A stretch of DNA of 64,000 bases. It comes from Escherichia phage GADS24. Numbering within the stretch: the stretch's first letter is position 1; every line of letters starts with the position of its first letter. A program made the translations under genes and the position numbers. The notes under the pieces are model-generated. The model saw only the letters and a list, made by a program, of their open reading frames with translations. It did no database searches and was not told the DNA's origin. The DNA lies in sequence record OQ703618.1. One strand, 5' to 3'. Positions 9,371 through 23,159 of this stretch are shown here, piece after piece.

Positions 9371-9607
9371 TTATAGTGTTCCATATACTCGAGTTGCTTC
9401 AACAAGACCATCACTGCCTAATTTAAGATTAGTAATTTGGTCACCATCTTTAGGATTAACGATTATGAGAAAAGAACGTGGAGATTCTTGAATAACTCGT
9501 AATGTTGCATCTTGGAAACGTTCAGACACTTTATTGATGAGTGCTTGAGCAAATTCTTTTACTTTAATCTGAAATTCGTGTACTGTAATTGGGTTTTCAC
9601 TTAGCAT
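9371..9607 (-). CDS. hypothetical protein, 78 aa
   Basis: ATG 9605-9607; early promoter upstream. Confidence 0.5.
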   Translation of the reverse strand: MLSENPITVHEFQIKVKEFAQALINKVSERFQDATLRVIQESPRSFLIIVNPKDGDQITNLKLGSDGLVEATRVYGTL

Positions 9608-9635
9608 TTCTATTTCCTCATTTGTTGGTAGAGTT

Positions 9636-9665
9636 ATAGTATCACAACTCCACCATGTTGTAAAC
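9636..9665 (-). promoter_or_regulatory. T4-type early promoter (GTTTAC, 18 nt, TACTAT)
   Basis: Motif match. Confidence 0.45.
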
Positions 9666-9667
9666 CA

Positions 9668-9943
9668 TTAAATTGCTTTGCATTCAATTTTTTGTGTACC
9701 AAAATTGATATCACATTGGATAACTAAATCGCCGTCAAGATCAAATACCACTATGGCGTGTGCAGACCCAGGGAGAAGAGTAATAGCAATAGAATCTACT
9801 TGGTCCGGGAGCAAAGCATTGAGTACATGAGTTAGCTGAGCATGAACTCTGAGTTCGGCTGCATTATCAAGCACTTCAAACATATTATTAGCAATAATCT
9901 GACTGAAGACTACCTTTACAATTTCAGAATAAGTTGGGAACAT
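9668..9943 (-). CDS. hypothetical protein, 91 aa
   Basis: ATG 9941-9943. Confidence 0.5.
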   Translation of the reverse strand: MFPTYSEIVKVVFSQIIANNMFEVLDNAAELRVHAQLTHVLNALLPDQVDSIAITLLPGSAHAIVVFDLDGDLVIQCDINFGTQKIECKAI

Positions 9944-9950
9944 AATTACC

Positions 9951-10175
9951 TCAGTGTACAGTATTTACTTTAACTCGAACAACAAATCGCTCGGTCGGTT
10001 CACCTACAGGAACAAACTCTACATGATATTCGCCTTTGTAACGAGTATTCAGATCATTACGAATTCCTGCGAGTTTGTTGATTAATGTAGGACTCATATT
10101 AAGTCCCACTAATTTACGAAGCATTTTGTATGCTTCATCTTCGATTTCATGATGTTTATCGTACATAGTTTTCAT
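9951..10175 (-). CDS. hypothetical protein, 74 aa
   Basis: ATG 10173-10175. Confidence 0.5.
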   Translation of the reverse strand: MKTMYDKHHEIEDEAYKMLRKLVGLNMSPTLINKLAGIRNDLNTRYKGEYHVEFVPVGEPTERFVVRVKVNTVH

Positions 10176-10346
10176 TTAACCATTCAATTGCCTGGTCGAC
10201 GTTATCAAATATACCGCCGTCCAACCATTCTTCATGTTCATAGTCCAGCACATCAATACCGAACCGTCCATTTACTAAAGGCCATACTACAAACAAATAT
10301 TCTTTATGCTGTTCGATGACCTCAATCACTTCATATAATCGTTTCA

Positions 10347-10347
<1 letters not shown>
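10156..10347 (-). CDS. hypothetical protein, 63 aa
   Basis: ATG 10345-10347 overlapping pseT stop. Confidence 0.45.
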
Positions 10348-11433
<1,086 letters not shown>

Positions 11434-11434
<1 letters not shown>

Positions 11435-11733
11435 TATTTTATTCCTAAGAAAGTTTCAAGAATACGAATGTTATGCTCGCGCCGGTCTTTATTAATTTCA
11501 GCAACGTTTTTATTAATTGACTTACTTCTAACGTTTGAAGAAATAAATTTAATCATATGACTTTTGAGTTGTTGCAAATCCAACCCTTTTTCTTTAGCAG
11601 CTTTACGAAGAGCTTTACCAGCTTCATCTAGTGCCTTTGCTGCATCTTTGTCATAATTGGCAAGTGACATTCCACGGCAGATATCAATATACTCATCAGA
11701 CCGTTTGATGTAATTCTCTAGTAATGTTTTCAT
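11434..11733 (-). CDS. hypothetical protein, 99 aa
   Basis: ATG 11731-11733; early promoter upstream. Confidence 0.5.
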
Positions 11734-11752
11734 TTAGATTTCCTCAATTATC

Positions 11753-11781
11753 CATAGGAGCATTATACTCTGCTCCCGAGA
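11753..11781 (-). promoter_or_regulatory. T4-type early promoter (GTTTAC, 18 nt, TATAAT)
   Basis: Motif match. Confidence 0.5.
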
Positions 11782-11790
11782 GTTTGTAAA

Positions 11791-12015
11791 CTATTTTACT
11801 AAAGATTCAATATACTCATGAAGAGCTTTAGTCGCTACTGCCCACTTATTCTGATATTCATTTTTCAGATTAGCACGAGACTGAACTAACAAGCGGTCAT
11901 TAGTCGGAGGCAAAGATTCTAATCGTTGAATCTGTCGCCCGTAAATCATGGCCGCCATTTCAGATTCATAGATAAGCCCTTTAATGTATTCATGCTGTTC
12001 TTTAGTCATTGGCAT
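11791..12015 (-). CDS. hypothetical protein, 74 aa
   Basis: ATG 12013-12015. Confidence 0.45.
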   Translation of the reverse strand: MPMTKEQHEYIKGLIYESEMAAMIYGRQIQRLESLPPTNDRLLVQSRANLKNEYQNKWAVATKALHEYIESLVK

Positions 12016-12296
12016 TTTTCCTCTTTTAAACCACTACGATAATAACATAACATAGTCTTCTGGTCATGTACATATCTTTTTACGTCGTTTAACCAGATAC
12101 GAAATTCTTGAGAGTCTTCAAACGGCATTCCAACCCACGGATTACCATCAATAACCTTTACTTGCCATTTCTGGTTATATTCAACAATAGATTCAGGCCA
12201 TGGTGGATGTAAAGTTTCTTTAGGGCTTAAGGGCACATCCTGGGCACATCCGGCTAAAATGCCAATAGATAATACAACTGTGGTTAATTTAATCAT
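12006..12296 (-). CDS. outer-membrane spanin (o-spanin) lipoprotein, PseT.2-like
   Basis: Signal peptide with lipobox ILAGC, Pro-rich mature region, 96 aa; immediately downstream of i-spanin-like gene. Confidence 0.55.
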   Translation of the reverse strand: MIKLTTVVLSIGILAGCAQDVPLSPKETLHPPWPESIVEYNQKWQVKVIDGNPWVGMPFEDSQEFRIWLNDVKRYVHDQKTMLCYYRSGLKEEKCQ

Positions 12297-12649
12297 TCTG
12301 AGAGCTTCCTGAGGTCTTCTGCAAAGGAATCGAAGGACCTGTTGATTTGTTTTTCGACCAATCCTGGTTTACTTGCCACCACGTTCTTCTTCTTCGAATC
12401 CTTACGGAGCTTTTCATTTTCGGCCTTAAGTTGGTCAACTAAAACACGGTTCTTATAAGTCATTTCTTCGATTGACTGATATTGAGCCTTGAAGTCGTCT
12501 AATACTTTAGCATTGTTTTTAGCGGTCTCTTTGACAGAAGCTAATTCAGTATTCAACGAATCAATTTTGTTGTTTAAGACAACTATTGTTACCGTAGAAA
12601 CTAGAGCAAAAGCTGCTACTATAGCATAAATCGGATTTACTTTAAGCAT
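12293..12649 (-). CDS. inner-membrane spanin (i-spanin), PseT.3-like
   Basis: N-terminal TM helix followed by K/E-rich coiled-coil region, 118 aa; 4-nt overlap with lipoprotein gene. Confidence 0.55.
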   Translation of the reverse strand: MLKVNPIYAIVAAFALVSTVTIVVLNNKIDSLNTELASVKETAKNNAKVLDDFKAQYQSIEEMTYKNRVLVDQLKAENEKLRKDSKKKNVVASKPGLVEKQINRSFDSFAEDLRKLSE

Positions 12650-13137
12650 GTTTTAATAATCTCAATGATTTCGTCTCGGGATAATCCGTTGATAAGAACG
12701 GTTTTCGGACCATCACACTGGATTTTGTACGATTCAAACAATACACACAACTCTTCTGCTGTATGATAAGGACTTGAGATTCCGAGGCGGTTGAATTTGT
12801 CGGTAAGAGGGTCGCAAATAATGTAGAATTTTATACCTGCGATATGTACGTTTGGTTGACTAATATTAATGAACACATTAGCGTCATATTTAGTCAAATT
12901 GTTTTGAAGAAATTCTACCATGGTGTTAACTGCTTCTGGCATCGCTTCGCGTTTCTCTTCAGCGTATCGGGTGGAATATTCCTTTTGCTTTAACTTCTTT
13001 TTAGCATTTTTCGCTAGAGTAGTACGAAGGTCAGTAAGATAACCAACTGCACGGCCTTTCTTAAAGACCCGGATTCCATCTGTAGAATCACCAAATGCTG
13101 CCACAACCATATCGTTAGTAATCAATTGCATATTCAT
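12637..13137 (-). CDS. alc: Alc (host transcription elongation inhibitor)
   Basis: Start placed at ATG 13135-13137 (MNMQLITNDMVVAAFGDSTDG...) with GGAGAA RBS, giving 166 aa; track ORF has a 21-codon upstream extension. Confidence 0.8.
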   Translation of the reverse strand: MNMQLITNDMVVAAFGDSTDGIRVFKKGRAVGYLTDLRTTLAKNAKKKLKQKEYSTRYAEEKREAMPEAVNTMVEFLQNNLTKYDANVFINISQPNVHIAGIKFYIICDPLTDKFNRLGISSPYHTAEELCVLFESYKIQCDGPKTVLINGLSRDEIIEIIKTCLK

Positions 13138-13167
13138 AATTTTCTCCTCGTGTTGTTGATAAAAGCC

Positions 13168-13197
13168 ATAGTAACACCTTCCTTGGTGTTTGTAAAC
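13168..13197 (-). promoter_or_regulatory. T4-type early promoter (GTTTAC, 18 nt, TACTAT)
   Basis: Motif match upstream of alc. Confidence 0.45.
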
Positions 13198-13199
13198 CA

Positions 13200-14333
<1,134 letters not shown>

Positions 14334-14350
14334 TCAGTTAGTTTTTTTAA

Positions 14351-14381
14351 ATTGTACCACAATCCTTGTGGTATGTAAAAC
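14351..14381 (-). promoter_or_regulatory. Early promoter variant (GTTTTAC, 18 nt, TACAAT)
   Basis: Motif upstream of rnlA. Confidence 0.4.
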
Positions 14382-14791
14382 TACTTTTTCTTATGTTGGA
14401 TATTCCAAGGCGGGTTGAACTTTTTGATAAAAAGCGGTTCTTCAAGGTCCATTGTTGCGATGGTCATTGAACCAAGTTCGTTGGTGACTGAAAGGTCAAA
14501 ACATTGGCGGGCCCAGAATTCAACCTTTTTGCCTTGCATTAAGGCATCCAAAATCATAAGAGATTTTCTTGAATCTGAAGTCTGGTCTTTTCGATTTATA
14601 GCTGTTCGATAATAGTTAATGCGTTTCTTTAAATTCTTGGTTTTACCAATATACACAAGTTCGTCATCTATAGCAATAGCGTATATGACATTTTTCTTAT
14701 TAGGGACATCAACTGTTTTAATTGTTGCATCTTCTAATAGCTCCAATTCTGTATATTTAATAAAGGAATATTCGGCGGCAATATCTTTCAT
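14381..14791 (-). CDS. denA: endonuclease II (GIY-YIG family)
   Basis: 136 aa matching T4 DenA (VIYAIAI.DELVYIGKTKNL.KRINYYRTAINRKD...NPPWNIQHKKK). Confidence 0.92.
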   Translation of the reverse strand: MKDIAAEYSFIKYTELELLEDATIKTVDVPNKKNVIYAIAIDDELVYIGKTKNLKKRINYYRTAINRKDQTSDSRKSLMILDALMQGKKVEFWARQCFDLSVTNELGSMTIATMDLEEPLFIKKFNPPWNIQHKKK

Positions 14792-14799
14792 AATAAAGT

Positions 14800-14813
14800 G
14801 GGACCGAAGTCCC
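14800..14813 (-). other. GGGAC-CGAA-GTCCC tetraloop hairpin between nrdB and denA
   Basis: Perfect inverted repeat; no strong U-tract. Confidence 0.4.
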
Positions 14814-14817
14814 GTCC

Positions 14818-15996
14818 TTAGAAATATTTTTTGTATGAATTGATTACATTTTGGTCTACATCATTATCAATTTGTGCGACAAGATAAGAACTGATTTCAA
14901 CTTCCTGAGGAGCTGCTTGAACTAAATCAGAGTTCAGATATTCACGAATCCAAGGATACGGATGCTTGGACGGAGCATCAGTGATTGGGCATGGCAAACC
15001 GCACTGTTTCATACGAGACACAGTCAAGTAATCAACAAAAGCACACATACTCTGCGTATTGATACCTGGACATGTACCATCTTTAAAGAGGTGTGCAGCC
15101 CATTCCTTCTCTTGACTATTTACTTCCATAAAAATGTCAACTGCTTCTTGTTCACATTCTTTAGCAATTTGAACCCACTCATCACCGTCGGTACCAGATT
15201 GAAGTTGACGGATAATGTACTGAGTACCCTTGAGATGGAGTTGTTCGTCACGAGCAATGAACTTCATAATCTTTGCATTACCTTCCATAATTTCCATATT
15301 TTTATGGAAGTTGAAAGTACATGCAAATGATACGTAAAAACGAATAGCTTCTAAGGCGTTGATAACATGCAAACAGAGATAAAGAGACTTCATTAGGTCA
15401 TGTTTACATTCTTCCATGTGCATAAGACTATTTGAATACGCATCTAAATCATATTCATTTTCGGAAAAACATTTAAAAATTTCTTTAGCATTTTCCCATT
15501 CACGGGTTTTAATCAGAACGTCATCATAATAACGTCCAATGGATTCAGCTCGTTTCATGATTGCTTCGTCTAATACAATCTCATCAAATACTTTGGATGG
15601 ATCGGTATAAAGATTTCGCATAATATGAGTGTACGAACGAGAGTGAATAGTTTCACTGAATGTCCATGTTGCAACCCACGTATCTAATGAAGGGTCAGAA
15701 ATCAGTGCCATAAGTACCGCAGATGGGGCCCTGCCTTGGATAGAATCCAATAATGATTGATACTTAAGATTGTTTGTAAAGATGTCCTGTTGGAACTGAG
15801 GAAGCTTATTGAACTGCGCAGAGTCCAACATCAAGTTTACCTCTTCTGGGCGCCAGAAAAACGACAATTGCTTTTCAATAAGTTCTTCAAAAACTTTATG
15901 TCGCTGAATATCATAACGTGCGAGGCCAAGACCAGAACCAAAGAACATCGGTTCATTCAAAACATCGACTTGTTGCGTGTTAAAAACTGTACTCAT
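14818..15996 (-). CDS. nrdB: ribonucleotide reductase beta subunit, uninterrupted
   Basis: 392-aa continuous ORF with class Ia R2 features; synteny; no intron. Confidence 0.93.
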   Translation of the reverse strand: MSTVFNTQQVDVLNEPMFFGSGLGLARYDIQRHKVFEELIEKQLSFFWRPEEVNLMLDSAQFNKLPQFQQDIFTNNLKYQSLLDSIQGRAPSAVLMALISDPSLDTWVATWTFSETIHSRSYTHIMRNLYTDPSKVFDEIVLDEAIMKRAESIGRYYDDVLIKTREWENAKEIFKCFSENEYDLDAYSNSLMHMEECKHDLMKSLYLCLHVINALEAIRFYVSFACTFNFHKNMEIMEGNAKIMKFIARDEQLHLKGTQYIIRQLQSGTDGDEWVQIAKECEQEAVDIFMEVNSQEKEWAAHLFKDGTCPGINTQSMCAFVDYLTVSRMKQCGLPCPITDAPSKHPYPWIREYLNSDLVQAAPQEVEISSYLVAQIDNDVDQNVINSYKKYF

Positions 15997-16051
15997 TATA
16001 TTTTCTCACTTAGTTATTAACTCATCCATGAGTAAATTATAATCAAAAGTC

Positions 16052-18307
16052 TTAAAGCTTACAAGCAGAACAATCTTCAGCTTTAGGTGTTTCTAATTCA
16101 TAGTCATCTGTACCTGACCCATCACGAGTGTTATGATAGTAGAGGTTTTTTCCGCCAAAGTACCAGAAGTAAAGCAGATCGTCAAGCATTACCGACATTG
16201 GCACTTTACCTTTCTCAAATACTGCAGGGTCATAGTAAGTATTAGCAGAAGCAGATTGGCACACCCATTTCAACATGATAGCAACTTGGGTCAAATAAGG
16301 TTTATTACCTTTCTTAGCAAGTTTCCACGCGTAGTCGTAAAGATTCATGTTATGTTCGATATTAGGAACAACCTGACGGAAGTTGCCTTCTTTAGATTCT
16401 TTAATACTCACTGGACCACGCGGCGGTTCAATCCCGTTTGTAGAGTTTGATACTTGACTGCTTGACTCACAAGGCATGAGTGCAGACAACGTTGAGTTAC
16501 GAATTCCATGTTCTTTGAGTTCAGCTCGAAGTTCTTCCCAATCACATACGTAGTTCGGGGCTGCGATTTGGTCAATCTTTTTATTGTACCAGTCGATAGG
16601 TAATTCGCCTCTAGACCATTTAGTGTCTGAATAATACTCGCAACATCCTTTTTCTTTGGCGAGTTTGATTGAAGCTTTGATAAGGCCATATTGCAATCTC
16701 TCAAACAATTCATGAGTCAAATCGTTAGCGTCTTCATATGAAGCGAAGTTAGAAGCTAACCATGCAGCATAGTTCGTAACACCAACACCAAGATTACGAC
16801 GCTTTTTGGCTTTTAAAGCTTCTGGAACCGGATAATCTTGATAGTCTAACAGATTATCAAGTGCACGTACTTGTACTTCAGCAAGTTCATTAATTTTATC
16901 TTGATCTTGCCAATCAAATTTATCTAATACAAAAGCAGATAATGTGCATAAACCAATTTCAGCATCAGGACCATTCACATCATTAGTTGGAATAGCGATT
17001 TCACAACATAAGTTACTCTGACGAATTGGAGCTTTTTCACGAATAAACGGAGTGTAGTTATTCGTGTTATCAACAAACTGTGGATAAATTCGAGCAGTAC
17101 CAGAACGTTCAGTCATGAACAATTCAAAGAGTTCTAGTGCTTTGATTCTTTTCTTTCTGATTGTTGGGTCTTTTTCAGCTTTCTCATAAAGCTCACGGAA
17201 TTTATTTTGATCTTCAAAGAACGAGTAGTATAGTTCGCCTGACATTTCGTGAGGGCTAAATAAAGTAATATAATCATTTTTACCAAGGCGTTCCATCATA
17301 AGGTCATTAATCTGAATTCCGTAGTCCATATGACGAATACGGTTTTCATCCACGCCTTTGTTATTTTTCAGAACTAATAGGTTCTCTACTTCTAAGTGCC
17401 ACATCGGATAATACGCTGTAGCAGCACCACCACGAATACCACCTTGAGAACAAGATTTTACTGCAGTTTGGAAATGTTTCCAGAATGGAATAACACCTGT
17501 ATGTCGAACTTCACCCATACCGATCTTAGAACCTTCTGCACGAAGCATACCAACGTTGATACCGATACCAGCTCGTTTAGAAATATATTCAATAATTGAT
17601 GCTGAAGTTTTGTTAATAGATTTTAACGAATCACCGGCTTCAATAACTACACAACTAGAGAACTGGCGAGTCGGAGTACGAGCACCTGCCATAATTGGGG
17701 TAGGCAACGAAACTTGATGAGTAGAAACGGCATCATAAAAACGAATAATATGTTTCAAACGGTCATGAGTTTCGTCTTGATGTAAGGCCATGCCGATAGC
17801 CATGATAGCAAACTGAGGAGTTTCATAAATCTTCCCAGTTGTTTTATCTTTAACTAGATATTTTTCTTTAAGCTGCATAGCACCAGCATAAGTCAGGTCA
17901 AAATCTCGCTCGTGTTTAATCCGAGAATCAAGATAAATGATTTCTTCCGCAGAATATCTAGACAACAACTCAGGATCGTATTTGCCTTCATTAACACAAT
18001 ACGAGATATGGTCGATAAAAGCAGGAGGTTCAAACTGCCCGTATACATCTTTACGAAGTGCAAACATTAGCCCTTTGGCGGCGACATACTGATAATCAGG
18101 TTCTTCGACAGAAATCGAGTTAGCTGCAACTTTAATACAAATCTTCTGAATATCTTTGGTGCTCATCCCGTCAACAAGATGGGTCTTAATTTCTTCGTAC
18201 AATTCGTATGGGTCAATTTGTGTTCCTTCACATTGCCAAGTTAAGACTTGAATAATTTTCTGTGCATCAAAATTTTGGGATACACCACTGCTCTTAGTTA
18301 CTTGCAT
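16052..18307 (-). CDS. nrdA: ribonucleotide reductase alpha subunit
   Basis: 751 aa, class Ia R1 homolog; synteny. Confidence 0.95.
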   Translation of the reverse strand: MQVTKSSGVSQNFDAQKIIQVLTWQCEGTQIDPYELYEEIKTHLVDGMSTKDIQKICIKVAANSISVEEPDYQYVAAKGLMFALRKDVYGQFEPPAFIDHISYCVNEGKYDPELLSRYSAEEIIYLDSRIKHERDFDLTYAGAMQLKEKYLVKDKTTGKIYETPQFAIMAIGMALHQDETHDRLKHIIRFYDAVSTHQVSLPTPIMAGARTPTRQFSSCVVIEAGDSLKSINKTSASIIEYISKRAGIGINVGMLRAEGSKIGMGEVRHTGVIPFWKHFQTAVKSCSQGGIRGGAATAYYPMWHLEVENLLVLKNNKGVDENRIRHMDYGIQINDLMMERLGKNDYITLFSPHEMSGELYYSFFEDQNKFRELYEKAEKDPTIRKKRIKALELFELFMTERSGTARIYPQFVDNTNNYTPFIREKAPIRQSNLCCEIAIPTNDVNGPDAEIGLCTLSAFVLDKFDWQDQDKINELAEVQVRALDNLLDYQDYPVPEALKAKKRRNLGVGVTNYAAWLASNFASYEDANDLTHELFERLQYGLIKASIKLAKEKGCCEYYSDTKWSRGELPIDWYNKKIDQIAAPNYVCDWEELRAELKEHGIRNSTLSALMPCESSSQVSNSTNGIEPPRGPVSIKESKEGNFRQVVPNIEHNMNLYDYAWKLAKKGNKPYLTQVAIMLKWVCQSASANTYYDPAVFEKGKVPMSVMLDDLLYFWYFGGKNLYYHNTRDGSGTDDYELETPKAEDCSACKL

Positions 18308-18341
18308 ATATTCCTCAGTATAGGTTGATAGACATTACTCC

Positions 18342-18364
18342 AAACGGGATAGTATTTATCCCGT
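18342..18364 (-). other. Stable hairpin AACGGGATA-GTATT-TATCCCGTT upstream of nrdA RBS
   Basis: 9-bp perfect stem, 5-nt loop. Confidence 0.4.
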
Positions 18365-18394
18365 TAATTTATTATACACTTTTAAACTGAAGCG

Positions 18395-18649
18395 TTAATT
18401 ATCCTCAGCAATAATTTCTTCGTATTCTTTAGGTGTCAAGACTGTGATATTGAAATAAACCAATGGTTCTTTTTCCATACCGTAACCACCACAAAATTCA
18501 CGATAGTCATAAATCCGTTCATGCGAATAGCAAATGAATCGTTCACCTTTAACTGTGATTTCACTATTCGGTGAAGGGATATCCAGTTCACTAGGATTTT
18601 TCATTTCAAAAATTGTGGTGCCATATGAATTAATAAAACGTAAAATCAT
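18395..18649 (-). CDS. hypothetical protein, 84 aa
   Basis: ATG 18647-18649; between td and nrdA. Confidence 0.5.
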   Translation of the reverse strand: MILRFINSYGTTIFEMKNPSELDIPSPNSEITVKGERFICYSHERIYDYREFCGGYGMEKEPLVYFNITVLTPKEYEEIIAEDN

Positions 18650-18650
18650 T

Positions 18651-20336
<1,686 letters not shown>

Positions 20337-20338
20337 AA

Positions 20339-20587
20339 TTATTTCCTCAGATTTTTCTTAACAACTTTCCAATCAGCTTTAAACTGTTCAACATCAGAAT
20401 GGTAAATCCAGAATCCTGCGCTTTCTCCATCTTCGTAGAGCGGACATCCATCACATTCTTCGTTCCAACCCATTTCACGCAAAAGACGTTCAGCTTTTTC
20501 AACAAGTTCAGAATCTTTACCGATGATATTAAAATACCATTTACCTCTAACTTCTGAATCTTTAATGCTCTGGCGTTGCAATCTCAT
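20339..20587 (-). CDS. hypothetical protein (frd.2-like), 82 aa
   Basis: ATG 20585-20587; early promoter upstream. Confidence 0.5.
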   Translation of the reverse strand: MRLQRQSIKDSEVRGKWYFNIIGKDSELVEKAERLLREMGWNEECDGCPLYEDGESAGFWIYHSDVEQFKADWKVVKKNLRK

Positions 20588-20615
20588 TTTATTCTCCTCA
20601 GTAGTTGATAGGGTA

Positions 20616-20645
20616 ATAGTATCACACTACTACCCTTCTGTAAAC
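20616..20645 (-). promoter_or_regulatory. T4-type early promoter (GTTTAC, 18 nt, TACTAT)
   Basis: Motif match. Confidence 0.45.
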
Positions 20646-21037
20646 TACTTTTTGAAAGTTTTTTGCAAAAGTTCGATGACTTCGTCGACGTTGGTTTCAT
20701 CTACGATACAATGGATTTTTGTTACACCTAAAGTTATACCTTCGTTAGTAGGTTGAGGCTTTACTAAATCTACCTCAGTAAAGTATTTGAACTCGTCAGG
20801 ATAAATCTCAAAATAAGTTTCAATTTCGCCGCCGGCAGAACATACAGTACCATCTTCCATAGTTACACTTACTACGTTTGACGTATCGCTATCATAATCA
20901 GGTTCCATTCCGTTTACAACAAAACTAGGCCCGTGGAGTTCAATCAATTTTAACATCTTAGCGTTATTGTGTGGTGCTTCTTGAACAAAGACGTCTTTAA
21001 ATAAAGGATTAATGATATAAGATTTTCCGATTTTCAT
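20645..21037 (-). CDS. hypothetical protein (frd.3-like), 130 aa
   Basis: ATG 21035-21037. Confidence 0.5.
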   Translation of the reverse strand: MKIGKSYIINPLFKDVFVQEAPHNNAKMLKLIELHGPSFVVNGMEPDYDSDTSNVVSVTMEDGTVCSAGGEIETYFEIYPDEFKYFTEVDLVKPQPTNEGITLGVTKIHCIVDETNVDEVIELLQKTFKK

Positions 21038-21066
21038 TTTGATTTCCTCATGTTGTTGATAGAACT

Positions 21067-21095
21067 ATAATATCACATCTAGTGAAGAAGTAAAC
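21067..21095 (-). promoter_or_regulatory. T4-type early promoter (A-tract UP, GTTTAC, 17 nt, TATTAT)
   Basis: Motif match. Confidence 0.5.
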
Positions 21096-21121
21096 AACTT
21101 TTTTGGCAATTTACAGATACT

Positions 21122-21144
21122 CAAAAGGGAGACCGAAGTCTCCC
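21122..21144 (-). terminator. Gene 32 terminator: GGGAGAC-UUCG-GUCUCCC hairpin plus U-tract
   Basis: Hairpin 21127-21144 with A4 on plus strand, directly after gp32 stop. Confidence 0.6.
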
Positions 21145-21150
21145 GATTTA

Positions 21151-22053
21151 TTATAGACCAGCTAACAGGTCATCTAGGTCGCCATCATCAGAGGATGAGG
21201 TAGAGCTCATGAAGTCATCTTCAGTTTTTGCAGAACTAAAGGCTTCCATGTCTTTATCAAAATCGTCAAGGTCAGAAGCAACTTTATCTGCAACAGAAGC
21301 TGCTGCGGCTGCTGCACCGCCCAGAGCGGCAGTACCAAGAACCTTAGCGAAAGATTCATTTAATTTTTCAAAGGATTTGAACTGGTCTTTAGCCGTCAAA
21401 GTAGTAAGGTCTACCATCTGGTCATATAGTTCTTTCTGGAATGCTTCGTCATTAATACGAGGAATTTCAGATTGACCCAAGAATTTAGATTCGTCATAGT
21501 TGCTAAAACCAGAAACCTGCTTAGCTTTCAGAACGAAGTTAGCACCTTCAAACGGGCAAGTAACATCAACCGGAGTTTCACCCATTTCGGTATCAACTGC
21601 AATCATTGCATTGATTTTGTCCCAAATCTTTTTACCGAAACGATATTTAAATACTTTACCTTCATTATCTGGAGCTTGAGGGTCTTTAACAACCAGAATA
21701 TTAGCCCAATAAGAAGTTTTACGTTTCAGTTGAGAATATTCAGTTTTGTTGGTATTGTACAGGTCATTTTTACTAATGTACTGACATACAGGACAAGAGT
21801 CATAATCACCATGTGTAGAAGAGCAATTTTCAATATACCATTTACCATTTTTCTTGAAACCGTGGTTAACAAGAATTGCAAATGGTAGTGCATCATCAGT
21901 TTTTGCTGGCAAGAAACGAATTACCGCTTGACCATTACCGGATGCATCTAGCTTCAGCTTCCATTCGCCTTTATCTTCTGAAGAGAAACCTTTGTTACCA
22001 TTCAGTTTAGCCATTTGAGCAGCGAGGTCAGCAGTAGATTTACGTTTAAACAT
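21151..22053 (-). CDS. 32: single-stranded DNA-binding protein gp32
   Basis: 300 aa matching T4 gp32 ([35 protein letters not shown]...DLDDLL). Confidence 0.97.
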   Translation of the reverse strand: MFKRKSTADLAAQMAKLNGNKGFSSEDKGEWKLKLDASGNGQAVIRFLPAKTDDALPFAILVNHGFKKNGKWYIENCSSTHGDYDSCPVCQYISKNDLYNTNKTEYSQLKRKTSYWANILVVKDPQAPDNEGKVFKYRFGKKIWDKINAMIAVDTEMGETPVDVTCPFEGANFVLKAKQVSGFSNYDESKFLGQSEIPRINDEAFQKELYDQMVDLTTLTAKDQFKSFEKLNESFAKVLGTAALGGAAAAAASVADKVASDLDDFDKDMEAFSSAKTEDDFMSSTSSSDDGDLDDLLAGL

Positions 22054-22125
22054 GGATTATTACCTTTATTTAGATTATTTAATTTATTTACAGTTGGTTG
22101 CTACGACACTTATACCTCGTAGCTG
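22054..22125 (-). promoter_or_regulatory. Putative gene 32 translational operator (AU-rich UUAAA/UAAA repeats plus upstream hairpin)
   Basis: mRNA-sense UAAAUAAAUUAAAUAAUCUAAAUAAAGG just 5' of AUG and a GCUACGA...UCGUAGC stem further 5'; T4 gp32 autoregulation is established. Confidence 0.45.
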
Positions 22126-22133
22126 GTATGATT

Positions 22134-22141
22134 TATTTATA
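22134..22141 (-). promoter_or_regulatory. Late promoter core TATAAATA upstream of gene 32
   Basis: Exact TATAAATA on minus strand about 80 nt upstream of gp32 start. Confidence 0.45.
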
Positions 22142-22170
22142 AAGTAATTTTAACACACAAGAAATAAAGC

Positions 22171-22824
22171 TTAATACTTACATGATTTGATTGTTTCTAT
22201 GAACAATTTCTTAGCAGCATTTCCATCGATTTGAAGTATTTTTCGATATGCCTTTAATTTGGTAGAATAATTTTGCCAGACTAAATTGTCAGTAAGTTCG
22301 TCGTGCTTATCTATAATATTCAAAAATGAGTCCAACAATAAGAAAGTCTCAAATGAAATTATATTGCTTTGTAGCAATTTGAATATGTAGCTCGACTGAA
22401 CGTTGTTATTATAATCAAATATCTCTTGAAGCGCACTAACTTCAACTTTCTTACTGAAATAATAGATGTTACGTACGTCTTCAGCAAACGTCTCCTTGGC
22501 TTGTTTGAGACGTCCAATATATTCCCTATAGAAAACTAATGCATCAGCGTCTGATATCTCACCAATCCATGCGTCTTGGTTAGCAACTAAGTTGCTTATG
22601 AATATCAAGGTGAGTTCCTTCAATTTATATTTCTCTGCTAGTTTTTCAAAGAAATATTTATCTCGGCGTTTTTGATACGCATTATCCGAAACACGCATGC
22701 ACCAGTTATATTTGATTACGTCATACCGACCATTAAAATGTTGTTTGCACATCAAGTATAGTTTGTATACCGATTTTCCGTTAATATAACGTTCTCCATC
22801 AGGAGGCATGCGTATTTTAATCAT
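22171..22824 (-). CDS. 59: gp59 helicase loader
   Basis: 217 aa, near-identical to T4 gp59. Confidence 0.95.
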   Translation of the reverse strand: MIKIRMPPDGERYINGKSVYKLYLMCKQHFNGRYDVIKYNWCMRVSDNAYQKRRDKYFFEKLAEKYKLKELTLIFISNLVANQDAWIGEISDADALVFYREYIGRLKQAKETFAEDVRNIYYFSKKVEVSALQEIFDYNNNVQSSYIFKLLQSNIISFETFLLLDSFLNIIDKHDELTDNLVWQNYSTKLKAYRKILQIDGNAAKKLFIETIKSCKY

Positions 22825-23159
22825 AATAAGAAATCTAACGTATTAGTTTTTTCACCACGAGCAACTGATGGACGAAGCATGTTTTCGTCAATTGCTTCGC
22901 TTGTAATTTTTTCAACAATTCCTGTAGGAATAAATTTAGCAAATTGTGTTTCTGGAATAGAATTTTCTTCCAAGAAAGCAGTTGTTGCTTCTAAATAAGA
23001 CATACCAAATTGTTCAACCATGGATTCGATAATGAATCCGTTTTCTTGACGGTCAAGCAATTTAGCGATATCATCTTTATCGTGTTTTACTGCTAATTCT
23101 TGTTCAGATAAACCGGCCTCATCGACCGGTTTAATATCACTTAGTGAAAACTGTGTCAT
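22821..23159 (-). CDS. 33: gp33 late transcription co-activator
   Basis: 112 aa, same length as T4 gp33; synteny; 4-nt overlap with gene 59. Confidence 0.9.
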   Translation of the reverse strand: MTQFSLSDIKPVDEAGLSEQELAVKHDKDDIAKLLDRQENGFIIESMVEQFGMSYLEATTAFLEENSIPETQFAKFIPTGIVEKITSEAIDENMLRPSVARGEKTNTLDFLL

